From: Candidatus Latescibacterota bacterium
GTDB taxonomy: Bacteria > Latescibacterota > UBA2968 > GCA-2709665
DNA: 64,000 nucleotides
Assembly (NCBI GenBank): GCA_965203805.1
Contig: OZ241917.1
Location: forward strand, 4,992,001 to 5,056,000
Reading direction: 5' to 3'
The position numbers were made by a program, and so were the translations under genes. The notes below the pieces were generated by a model. That model made no database searches. It was not told the origin of the DNA and saw only the letters and a program-made list of their open reading frames with translations. How positions within the stretch are numbered: position 1 is the first letter of the stretch; every line of letters starts with the position of its first letter. This document shows, piece by piece, positions 10,262 to 19,481 of the stretch.

Positions 10262-10287
10262 CAATTCGATAATGGGATACATAGTTA
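10258..10287 (+). promoter_or_regulatory. Possible sigma70 promoter for the TonB-dependent receptor operon
   Basis: Exact TTGACA at 10258-10263 in an AT-rich patch; -10 is weak (ATAGTT/TAGTTA at 17/18 nt). Confidence 0.35.
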
Positions 10288-10460
10288 GTGGGAGTTAAAA
10301 TACATATTAGACGTTGCCTGATCGAATCTGAACAAGACGGATTGTCGCGTCGGCCGTGCCGGTATGCAGTCACCGGTTTTTCAGGCGAAATTTCCTCCGA
10401 TTTCCGTCTTCGCAGTCGATCGTCTTGTCTGAACCGCTCATGTGGATGGAGGATACGGGT

Positions 10461-13400
10461 ATGAACAGGGTTAAGACCGGTTTGAAGGTCGCGATGGCGC
10501 TCCTTGCCGTTCTTGTGCTTGCAGGCGGGGCGTTGGCCGGTACGACGGGGAAGATCGTTGGAAAGGTGACCGACGAAAACGGAGAAGCGCTGCCCGGCGC
10601 CAGCGTGGTCGTCGAAGGAACGCGGATGGGCGCTTCCACGGATGCCGAAGGATTCTACGTGATCATCTCAGTCGACCCAGACATTTACAAGATGACGGCA
10701 TCCATGGTCGGGTACCATCCGGTAACCCAGGAACAAATTCACGTGCGGTCCGATTTTACCAATACGGTGGATTTTCAGCTTCGCGAAACGGAGCTGGAGC
10801 TGGAGGAAATGGTTGTCGTCGCGGAAGCGCCTCCCGTGGAGCCCGATAAAACGGAGAGCCGGTACGTGGTGACCGCCCAGGATATCGCGCGAACGCCGAT
10901 CCTGAGAGATGCCTCGGAATTCGTCGCTCTGGAAGCGGGCGTGGCAGTGGACGGCAGCGGGGTGATCCGCGGCGGGCAGGTGGAAGACAATCTGATCTAC
11001 GTCGATGGCGTCCGTCTCCAGAACCAGGACGGACGCGCGGGGCCCACTTCGCGGGGCAGCCAGTGGTGGGGCGCCAACGTCAAGGCGCTGCAGGAGGTTT
11101 CCGTTATTACGGGCGGGATGAACGCCGAATACGGGAACGCGCAGGCAGGCGTGATTCAGATGGTGACGCGGGACGGCGGATCCAACTACCACGGCGAGGC
11201 CGAGTATCGACTGACGCCGGGCGGCAAAAAGCACTGGGGCGCCAACGTCTACGATGCGCCAGAACACCGCGGGCACATGCGATGGAACGATCCCGCGTGG
11301 ACGTCGGAGGTGGATCCCGAGACCGGCGCGCTCGTGCACCAGCGGACGAACTACACGGACCAGCGGGGTCACTATTTCGACGCCTATCTCGGCGGCCCGC
11401 TCCTCCCGGAAACGTCTTTCTTCGTGAGTTCGCGGAACCGGCGGGATGCCGCCAGATTCCCGGGGGCGTGGTCCGTACGGCCGTTCAATACCCGGAACAC
11501 GGCGAAGTTAACCATCCGGGCGCACGACAACGTCAAGATGCAGATCGGCTGGCTTTACGACCGCTGGAAGTCCTTCAATAACGGAGCGCTGGGCGGGACA
11601 ACCCCTTCCGTCAGCAACGTGCTGAGGGGCCCGGGCCGCGACATTTTCCTGCCCGAAGGGTCGCCCGCGGGGGAGACGATCAATACCGAAAGCGTCCTCT
11701 ACGGCGTGATTACACATACGATCAGTCCACGGACCTTCTATGAATTGAGGCTCTCGCGATACCGGAGCAATCAGGACACCAGCGGCGTTTCAATTACGAC
11801 GGCGGACATCGGAACGGATGCGGACGGCTGGTTCTACACGGGCCGGGGAAGCGTGCGCGCGTATACTTTCGGACAGCAGACACGGAGCGCGATCAAGTTC
11901 GACCTGTCCAGCCAGCTTACGAAAACGCACTTTTCCAAAATCGGGATTGATTTCACGGGCTACAGCAATCATTTCATTCGCGAAGGCAACACGCCCGGCG
12001 ACGCGCGGAAACAGATCCTGTACATCGGAAATCCCGAGCCCGGACAGCCAATAGAGCCAAAACAGTTCGCGGCCTACGTCCAGGACAAGATGGAGTTCGA
12101 GGGCTTCATTGTGAATGCAGGCATCCGCTACGACCGTTTCTGGGGCGCCGACGTTCCGGTGATGGGCGCGCTGCGTGCGTTCCAGTACACGACGATGTCA
12201 CGGTATCTCACGGCGCCAAGGTACCCCATGAAGCCCATTGCCAACTGGAGTCCGCGGCTGGGTATCTCCCACCCGATCACGTACCGCTCGAGCCTCCATT
12301 TCTTCTACGGGCATTTCTATCAGCTGCCGAGTTTCTACCAGATGTTCCACGACCAGTGGTTCGGTTCGGGCGACGGGATACCGGGCGTCGGCTTCAGCGA
12401 ATATACCAGCCACTACCGTCCGGCGCCCACGTCCATCTCAAGGCCGATATGGGACAATACGGCGCGGACGATCAGCTTCGAACTGGGCGCGGACTGGAAC
12501 TTCGTGTCCGACTATACGCTTGCGCTGGCGACGTTCTACAAGAGCGCCTCCTTCCAGGAAACCGGAGGTTGGGACGTCTTCCTCTATCCTGAGTTGCGCG
12601 GCGCGGGGGTCCGCCTTCGCCAGCGCCTCTCCAGCACCCTGTCAAACATCCGCCTCGAAGACACGCGCGGCCTGGAATTCAGCCTGAGGAAGGGCTTCAG
12701 CCACTACTTCTCGTTCCGCGCCGCCCTCAATATGGCCTGGAGCGACTACAGTCTCGGCGGCGGCGGTACCGTCAGCAACGGCGCAACCGTGATCCCCGAC
12801 TCGAACTATATCGCCAGCGGCAATTATTTCTTCGCCTGGGAGGTCGCGGGCGGGTCGGAACGACCCGTAACCCTTACCGATGAACAGATCCGGATCATCG
12901 GTCACGGAGCCAACGAGGCTATAAGAAACGCCCAGGCGGACCGGCGGGTCGCCGGGGGCTATGTCTACGACTTTTCAACCAACAGGGACGCCATCGTTCC
13001 CACCTGGGAGGAAGAATGGCTTTCGGACGCGGCCCGGGAGGGCGCCCGCGGCCTGTGGATCGTGCACGGGCACAGGGCGAATGAGGGTACGGACGTGGGC
13101 CGTAGAAGCCAGGGCAGCCTCCAGATGTTCCTGTCCACGCCGCAGGATTTCGGTGTAGGGCCGAAGGTCGGCGGCAGCACGCTTCTCGGTAGCGTCAATG
13201 CAAACCTGATCTACCGGATCTATACCGGATCGCAGTTCACCTATCTGGTCCTGGACGGGACGCGCCAGATTGCGAGAGGTCCTTTGCGTACCGTCATGGA
13301 TCTGAACGTGCAGAAACGCTTCGAACTGGGCGGAGCCAGCGCCGACGTCTTCGTGGAGGTCTTCAATCTGTTCAACCAGCGGGACGCGCTGGCCTCGGGA

Positions 13401-13538
13401 ACCGACTACATGTGGTGGGGGTTGCAGACGCCCCGCCCGAACGATGCGAACTATCTCAATTACGGCGATTTCCAGGACCGCAGCCGGTACGTCGGCGATC
13501 CCCGTATCACACACGTGGGCATTCGTATGCGGTTCTGA
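10461..13538 (+). CDS. TonB-dependent receptor with N-terminal carboxypeptidase-regulatory-like domain
   Basis: Signal peptide, GKIVGKVTD..GEALPGA, plug motif GGMNAEYGNAQAGVI, YVQDKMEFEG, SPRLGISHP, C-terminal F; RBS GGAGGA. Confidence 0.9.
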   Translation: MNRVKTGLKVAMALLAVLVLAGGALAGTTGKIVGKVTDENGEALPGASVVVEGTRMGASTDAEGFYVIISVDPDIYKMTASMVGYHPVTQEQIHVRSDFTNTVDFQLRETELELEEMVVVAEAPPVEPDKTESRYVVTAQDIARTPILRDASEFVALEAGVAVDGSGVIRGGQVEDNLIYVDGVRLQNQDGRAGPTSRGSQWWGANVKALQEVSVITGGMNAEYGNAQAGVIQMVTRDGGSNYHGEAEYRLTPGGKKHWGANVYDAPEHRGHMRWNDPAWTSEVDPETGALVHQRTNYTDQRGHYFDAYLGGPLLPETSFFVSSRNRRDAARFPGAWSVRPFNTRNTAKLTIRAHDNVKMQIGWLYDRWKSFNNGALGGTTPSVSNVLRGPGRDIFLPEGSPAGETINTESVLYGVITHTISPRTFYELRLSRYRSNQDTSGVSITTADIGTDADGWFYTGRGSVRAYTFGQQTRSAIKFDLSSQLTKTHFSKIGIDFTGYSNHFIREGNTPGDARKQILYIGNPEPGQPIEPKQFAAYVQDKMEFEGFIVNAGIRYDRFWGADVPVMGALRAFQYTTMSRYLTAPRYPMKPIANWSPRLGISHPITYRSSLHFFYGHFYQLPSFYQMFHDQWFGSGDGIPGVGFSEYTSHYRPAPTSISRPIWDNTARTISFELGADWNFVSDYTLALATFYKSASFQETGGWDVFLYPELRGAGVRLRQRLSSTLSNIRLEDTRGLEFSLRKGFSHYFSFRAALNMAWSDYSLGGGGTVSNGATVIPDSNYIASGNYFFAWEVAGGSERPVTLTDEQIRIIGHGANEAIRNAQADRRVAGGYVYDFSTNRDAIVPTWEEEWLSDAAREGARGLWIVHGHRANEGTDVGRRSQGSLQMFLSTPQDFGVGPKVGGSTLLGSVNANLIYRIYTGSQFTYLVLDGTRQIARGPLRTVMDLNVQKRFELGGASADVFVEVFNLFNQRDALASGTDYMWWGLQTPRPNDANYLNYGDFQDRSRYVGDPRITHVGIRMRF

Positions 13539-13597
13539 TGCGGCCGGGCTGAAAGTGTGCCGGAACAATGGATGCCGACACGAAGGAGACCTTCGAC

Positions 13598-15904
13598 ATG
13601 AGTAATATTCCCAGGATCGAGGCGATGGCAGTGCTTGTTGCGCTGCTTTTGTGCGTGCCTGACCCCGCGGCGGCGCAGGAGAACCACAGGTTCCAGACGC
13701 GCGCGAAGGTGTGGGATATGTTCTGGAACTACGGGACTCAGGGCGTTTCCGAAGACCCGGACGCCTGGTTGAGCTATTACCGCCAGATGGGCATGCAATA
13801 TCCGGGCGTTTGGACTCGCCAGTATTCCACGGAATTCCAGGACTACTGGGGAGAGCGGAGCTGGGGCTCCCTTCATCCCGCCTACGCGGCGTTGTTCGAA
13901 TCGACGGCCACGATGCCCGGTTTCAGTACCTTTATAGCAACCCGGGTGCCGGACGACCCGGAGGGCGAATACTACGTGTCGATATCCAAGCCCCGCGCCA
14001 TTACGGACGACATCAGGATGATGTCCTACGATGCGTCCATGGGGCCGGAGGCGAATATCGGGTACCCGAACTATTCTCCCATAGGACCCGCGATGGCCAA
14101 CTGGTGGCCGGGCGAGTCGCCTGTAGAAAGCCGGTACGTCACCGAGATCCACAACTACCGGTACGGCCACTATATGGATCCCGATAAAGATAACTTCCCC
14201 GAGAGCCTTCTCATTATGCGGTGGACGACGAAGCGGGGGATCACGGTAACCAAGAAGGTCTATACCTGGAGTTATCCCGATTACGACGACTTCCAGATTA
14301 TGGAGTACGAATTCGAGAATACCGGTGACTCGGACGGGGACGGCGCGGCGGACCTGAACGGGGGCGCCGGGCTGCGGCTGAACGACACCTTCTTCGCCTT
14401 CTCGGTCCGCTTCTTCATCTCGCAGTCCGGACACGGATGGATGAACTACGATGCATGGTATCGGCGAACCCGGCCCACGGACAACGATGACTGGTTCAAG
14501 TTCACCGAGGCGGCCAATTACGACGGGCCAGGCGCGGGGTTGGGCATGAAAATGTGGTACGCCTATGACGGCGACAACCCCCTCATGCCCGGCGACGACA
14601 TCGGCAAGCCCTACAACCCGTCAACGGCCAATCCCGGCTATCGCGGGCGGCCGTCGCAGGTACGGGTACCGGGAGAGTTGACGGCATTCCAGTACACCGG
14701 ATTCGCGCCCATCGCGTACCTGCCGTCATCCTCGAACGATCCGGGCACGTTTTCCTACGACACGAAGGGAGACAACAGCTACGTCGCCCCCAGGATCGAA
14801 GAACAGCCCCATACGGTAAGGTGGTGGGAATACCGGAACCGCGGCGACTTCGACGAGCCGGACCAGGACAACCATTCGTTCCAGGAAATCTATGACCAGC
14901 TGATCGGCGCCGAATCCGATATCAGGGACAATCCACCGGTGGTCGGGGCGTGGCACGGATCCATCGCGTACGGTCCTTACGACCTGGCGCCGGGCGACAA
15001 GGCCAAATTTGTCTTCGTCCTGGCGGCGGCCGCGCCCGTTGAAGAGAATATCTGGGGATGGGCCAAGCAGGGCAAGCAGGCTGAAATGCGTACGGACAAG
15101 GCGTTCAACAACCTGGTCAAGCACGTTGACAAGGCCAAGGAGGCGTTTCAGTGGAACTACGACCTCCCCGACGCGCCGCCCGACGTGAAGGTTGACGTGG
15201 GCGTGACGACGGAAGGCTTCATATCCCTGGCCTGGGACGACACGGCAGACGACGCTGCGAACCCCGACTACTCGGGCGCGGAGGCCAACGACGTGCTGGG
15301 CTACCGGGTCTACCGGTCTCTCTTCAAACGCGACGACTGGGAACTGATGGTGGAGATCCCGGTGAAGTCGGACATTTTCTACAGCGGCGGAAAGTATGAA
15401 TTTGTCGACAAGAAATCGATCGCGGGATTTCTCTACGATTACAGTGTGCGCACGTACAGCGCGGCACACAACGACTGGAACGGCACGGGCCTCGCCATTC
15501 CCTCCCTGGAGAGCGGCAACAGTTCGCCGGAGCAGTGGGTGAACGGTGTCAAGGTCTCTACACCCTATGTCCCGTCCACGGCGCAGTCCGACCAGTTGGA
15601 CAGGAAAGTGATCGTAACCCCGAATCCATACCGGGATGACGGCGCCCACGCGTATGAGAACAAGGGCCAGATCCGGTTTCTGAACATCCCGCGGAAGTGC
15701 CAGATCCGGATATACACGGTAGCGGGGGACCTGATCGCCGAGGTCAATCACGACGATCAGGGGCGGGGCGAGACCACGTGGAGCCAGACGACCATCGACA
15801 ACGTGGGTTCGGCTTCGGCCGGCGTGTACTTTTACGTGGTTGAGTCGCTGGTGGACGGTACATCCGGAAGAACCCAACGCGGTATATTCCTTATCAGCAA
15901 GTAA
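13598..15904 (+). CDS. Secreted protein with FN3-like domain and T9SS-type C-terminal sorting domain
   Basis: Signal peptide, APP..V..LAWD, GYRVYRS, C-terminal V.PNPY..IRF.N.P..CQIRIYTVAGDLI..W..ASAGVYFYVVE..K. Confidence 0.8.
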   Translation: MSNIPRIEAMAVLVALLLCVPDPAAAQENHRFQTRAKVWDMFWNYGTQGVSEDPDAWLSYYRQMGMQYPGVWTRQYSTEFQDYWGERSWGSLHPAYAALFESTATMPGFSTFIATRVPDDPEGEYYVSISKPRAITDDIRMMSYDASMGPEANIGYPNYSPIGPAMANWWPGESPVESRYVTEIHNYRYGHYMDPDKDNFPESLLIMRWTTKRGITVTKKVYTWSYPDYDDFQIMEYEFENTGDSDGDGAADLNGGAGLRLNDTFFAFSVRFFISQSGHGWMNYDAWYRRTRPTDNDDWFKFTEAANYDGPGAGLGMKMWYAYDGDNPLMPGDDIGKPYNPSTANPGYRGRPSQVRVPGELTAFQYTGFAPIAYLPSSSNDPGTFSYDTKGDNSYVAPRIEEQPHTVRWWEYRNRGDFDEPDQDNHSFQEIYDQLIGAESDIRDNPPVVGAWHGSIAYGPYDLAPGDKAKFVFVLAAAAPVEENIWGWAKQGKQAEMRTDKAFNNLVKHVDKAKEAFQWNYDLPDAPPDVKVDVGVTTEGFISLAWDDTADDAANPDYSGAEANDVLGYRVYRSLFKRDDWELMVEIPVKSDIFYSGGKYEFVDKKSIAGFLYDYSVRTYSAAHNDWNGTGLAIPSLESGNSSPEQWVNGVKVSTPYVPSTAQSDQLDRKVIVTPNPYRDDGAHAYENKGQIRFLNIPRKCQIRIYTVAGDLIAEVNHDDQGRGETTWSQTTIDNVGSASAGVYFYVVESLVDGTSGRTQRGIFLISK

Positions 15905-15985
15905 GACGGCCGGATTGCACAGTCAGGGAATCCCGGTTCGCCTTGTCGTCGAACCGCTCAACCGAAACGGAGAAGGAACAGACCT

Positions 15986-16939
15986 ATGAAACGGATCTTG
16001 TGGATTGGAATCGTGGCGGGCGCAGGATACGCGATGCTGTTTCCCGAGGTTGCCCGCTGCGACACGCAGAAGCGCCTCGGCCAGGCGGTATTCTCCGTGC
16101 ACAAGGTGGACCACGGGGCGCGAGTCGCGGGCATGGGCGGGGCGTTTACGGCCATCGCGGACGACATCAGCACCATCTTCGTGAACCCGGCCGGACTCAC
16201 CTATGTCGAGGAGATGGAGTATACCCTTTCGTACACCCGCTGGCTCGTCGATACCCGATTCTATTCGGGCGCGCTCGCCTACAATACGGCCCGCGGTGTG
16301 GTCGGGTTGTCCGTCATGGCATTTTCGGTTCCGGACGTGGAGGAGACAACCATCTATCAGCCGATCGGGACCGGCAGGATGCTGGAGATCGGCGATTTCA
16401 GCATCGGCGGTTCCTACGCGACGAAGTTGACTGATAAGCTCTCGTTCGGATTTCAGGTGCGATGGACTCAGGAGACCATCGACGTGGACAGGTTGACAGG
16501 CGTGGATTTCAATTTCGGCACGACGTTCAATACGGGATTCAGAAGCCTCCGGCTGGGGATGGCGTTCAAGAACCTGGGCAAAGACATCGAGTCCAGGGAA
16601 CTCAATTACCAGATGCCTGTCGCGTTCGACTTCGGTTTCGCGGCGGAAGTCTTCGGTGAAAAGGGCAGCGACCCCACGTACCTGACGGTGACCGGCGAGA
16701 GCCACTACGCAACGGATTACTCCGAGCCGCGATATCGCATTGGCGGCGAACTCTGGCTGCAGAACGCATTCGCATTGCGCGGCGGCGTCAAGCCCGGGTA
16801 CGATACGGAGGTATACAGTCTGGGTCTGGGATTGAAGGTCAAGCCCGTCGAGGGCAAGGTCGTCCGCGTGGATTTCGCGTACAGCGATGGAAACGACTTC
16901 GAACCGCCGCTTCGTTTCAGCCTGAGCGGCTCGTTCTGA
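15986..16939 (+). CDS. PorV/PorQ (UPF0164) family outer-membrane beta-barrel
   Basis: GARVAGMGGAFTAIADD.S.IF.NPAGL signature, alternating beta strands, C-terminal F. Confidence 0.85.
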   Translation: MKRILWIGIVAGAGYAMLFPEVARCDTQKRLGQAVFSVHKVDHGARVAGMGGAFTAIADDISTIFVNPAGLTYVEEMEYTLSYTRWLVDTRFYSGALAYNTARGVVGLSVMAFSVPDVEETTIYQPIGTGRMLEIGDFSIGGSYATKLTDKLSFGFQVRWTQETIDVDRLTGVDFNFGTTFNTGFRSLRLGMAFKNLGKDIESRELNYQMPVAFDFGFAAEVFGEKGSDPTYLTVTGESHYATDYSEPRYRIGGELWLQNAFALRGGVKPGYDTEVYSLGLGLKVKPVEGKVVRVDFAYSDGNDFEPPLRFSLSGSF

Positions 16940-16988
16940 CGGGCGTCCGCTCGACGAGACTCGTTCCGGTTTCGAACCAGGATAAGAC

Positions 16989-17020
16989 AACACCCCGGTA
17001 TTGCCGGGGTGTTCTTATTT
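16989..17020 (+). terminator. Rho-independent terminator
   Basis: AACACCCCGG-TATTG-CCGGGGTGTT followed by a T-rich tail. Confidence 0.8.
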
Positions 17021-17193
17021 ATTCAGGCGGCCCGGGACCCTCCGTGTTCACGTACCGGCGGTAGACGTGAGCGTCCGCAGCTGACCGGCAGCAACCGCTC
17101 CCCTGCCATGTCCCAACTGTCGCCAATTGCTACACTCTTCCTCACTTACAAGAAGAGGCCGACCCAATCGTAGACAATATCGTAAATTTCTTA

Positions 17194-17222
17194 TTGCATG
17201 ACGGCCAGGTTTCAGTTAACAT
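17194..17222 (+). promoter_or_regulatory. Putative sigma70 promoter
   Basis: TTGCAT-N17-TAACAT upstream of the first Cache paralogue. Confidence 0.4.
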
Positions 17223-17327
17223 GCTCGTTTCAAGGTTCGGTCCGAAGCGGTTGCTGGATATCTCATATAGAGGGCAACCAGATATCGTAACTTTAGCCGG
17301 TTTGTTTTTACGGGAGGGAAAACCGTT

Positions 17328-19118
17328 ATGGTAAACGCTCGAACTCTGTTCACGTCGGTATGCACGATTTCTGTAACTGGTCTGCTGGTACTGGCCGCCG
17401 TCTTTGCCAATACGCATCCGGCACTGGCGCAGACGGATGACGCCTGTCCACCCCCTCCCGGTGTGACGCTTCCACCAGCGCCGCAAGTTACGGCGCAACA
17501 GGTGGAAGACGGCAGCGCGACCTTGAGAGAATTCGGGTTGGAAGCGAGAAACCGGTTCAGTCGAGGGACGGATTCTCGTGAGCTGCAGCTGTACGTCGGT
17601 TGTGTCATGAGGAGTGACGGGAGCCATTTGCACTCAGGTTCCACCTATCTTGTGCAATTGACGCCCGATGGCAGGGTGTTCATTCACGCGAAGAATATGG
17701 CGCTGTCGGGCAGGTTGCTCAATCGCATGATCTATGGCGCTATTCTTAGAGCATTGGAAATCAACCTGGCGGGTTTGCAGGATGATCCCGCTGCGGTAAC
17801 GGCTGCTTTCATCGAGGCTGCAGGCAGGGATGGCGGCGAGTTCGACATACCCGATATCCCGGGGGCTTCAGGCTATGCTGCGATTTATTTTTCGAGAAAT
17901 TTCAGATTCCCGATCCTGTTGCTTGCCGGATTCGACCTCAACGAATCTCACCTGGCCGAAGAAGACATCGAATATGGTATGCCCGCCGTCACCGCCGCGG
18001 ACGTGGTGGACCGGGAAACTCTAAAAGCCTTTGTTACGCAAGCAGGGGAGGCATTTCTCAACCAGCAGAAGGGCGGTGACCTGACCGCGACCTCGAAGGC
18101 CAGGGTGGCCCTGAGGGATCCAAACGGGCCCTGGAGACACGGTTCCGTCTACCTTTACGTTCTGGATCTCACCACCAACATTGTCCTGTTTCACGGCGCG
18201 TTTCCGGATTTATTCGAACTGCGGCCTCTGGTGGGGATAGCGCGAGACGGCATTACCGGAGAGCTAATCTTACCACAGGTGTTGGCGGCAGCAATGAGTG
18301 GGCCGGAGGGCGGATTCGTGGAATATTTCTATGACGATCCGACGGACGACACGGACAGCGCGGACGTACCCAAGGTGGGCTATGCCCGTCAGTTTACCGG
18401 TGAACGCGAGAGAGAAGACGGTACCACGCTCCCCATCAATTTTGTCGTTGGGTCTGGTTTTTACATGCGTGCGCCTGATATAGCCGCGACGGATCCGCGT
18501 ACAGTCGTTGGGGCCACGGTCCTGGGCGACGCGGTGGGGGGTTTGGACGTCGAGTTCTCCCGGGCCATTGCCGGACGCCCGTCCAGGTACGACTGGAGCG
18601 CCGTCACCAATGCCAAAGGCGTTTTTATCCTGACCATTTCCAGCCCGGACGGGGTGAGCGGCTACTACCGGGCCCGCGCCCGCAACGCCGCCGGCGACGT
18701 CGTGGGCCAGTGGCACAGCATTCCCCTCAATCGCAATCAACGCCAGATCCTGGAACTGACGCTGGACGGCGGGATGAGGGTCGTCCGGGTCGAACCGTTG
18801 GCCGCGGGCAAGCTGGCGATCGCGGCAGAGGGCGTGCCTGAAGCCAGCGGTCTGTCGCCCAATTCGCCCAACCCGTTCAACAGCGCCACCGTGATTACCT
18901 ACCACCTGGCCGTCTCCGGTCCTGTGCAACTGGTGATCTACAATGTGCTGGGCCAACCCGTGCGGACCCTGGTGGATGCGTCCCAGGCCGCCGGCGCCTA
19001 CCAGGTTCGGTGGGATGCGCGCGACGAGGGCGGCGTCCTGCTGTCGACGGGGGTGTATATCGCGCGCCTGAGCTATCCCGGCGGTGTGCAGACGCAGCGG
19101 TTGCTCTACCTCAAGTAG
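17328..19118 (+). CDS. Secreted protein with Cache-like domains and a FlgD-Ig/T9SS-type C-terminal domain (paralogue 1)
   Basis: Signal peptide; two repeats of W/H.SGS.YL(V/Y)...V(F/L)(I/F)H; GGFVEY.YDDP..K.GYA (sCache_2-like); C-terminal PNSPNPFNS.T.I.Y..IYNVLGQ.VRTLVD..WD.RD..G..LSTGVY..LYLK. Confidence 0.75.
   Translation: MVNARTLFTSVCTISVTGLLVLAAVFANTHPALAQTDDACPPPPGVTLPPAPQVTAQQVEDGSATLREFGLEARNRFSRGTDSRELQLYVGCVMRSDGSHLHSGSTYLVQLTPDGRVFIHAKNMALSGRLLNRMIYGAILRALEINLAGLQDDPAAVTAAFIEAAGRDGGEFDIPDIPGASGYAAIYFSRNFRFPILLLAGFDLNESHLAEEDIEYGMPAVTAADVVDRETLKAFVTQAGEAFLNQQKGGDLTATSKARVALRDPNGPWRHGSVYLYVLDLTTNIVLFHGAFPDLFELRPLVGIARDGITGELILPQVLAAAMSGPEGGFVEYFYDDPTDDTDSADVPKVGYARQFTGEREREDGTTLPINFVVGSGFYMRAPDIAATDPRTVVGATVLGDAVGGLDVEFSRAIAGRPSRYDWSAVTNAKGVFILTISSPDGVSGYYRARARNAAGDVVGQWHSIPLNRNQRQILELTLDGGMRVVRVEPLAAGKLAIAAEGVPEASGLSPNSPNPFNSATVITYHLAVSGPVQLVIYNVLGQPVRTLVDASQAAGAYQVRWDARDEGGVLLSTGVYIARLSYPGGVQTQRLLYLK
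18791..19118 (+). repeat. 328-bp near-identical repeat, copy 1 (C-terminal sorting domain)
   Basis: Matches 21005-21332 with three synonymous differences found by eye. Confidence 0.9.
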
Positions 19119-19150
19119 CGCGAAAAGGTTGTGTGCGGGACGTGTACTCC

Positions 19151-19221
19151 TGAGAACTCGTCTGGAAACACCTGATAAGCCTGGATCACAAGGTTTGCGG
19201 GGTTTTCAGACGGGTTTTTTT
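19151..19221 (+). terminator. Long imperfect hairpin with T-tail, copy 1
   Basis: GAACTCGTCTGGAAAC pairs with GTTTTCAGACGGGTTT (G-U allowed); inner AAGCCT/AGGTTT. Confidence 0.65.
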
Positions 19222-19481
19222 GTCCCCCCCGAAATCCGTACAACGGTCTGGAATATTCCATACAAAGCGCGCATTCAACAGGCCGGAGAAAAAACCGTAC
19301 AAAAAGCGAATAATTACGAAAATGTGATTATCTGCCGATATTTTGTTTGCATAAGGGGTTGATATCAATTAATATTCCCGATTGAAGAATCGGACCTCAG
19401 CGATGGCCCGATTTCTTGGAAAGAAGAAAACCAACCGTGGTCGCTCCTGCGACCGTTTCTTTAACGGGAGGGAGAAATGTC

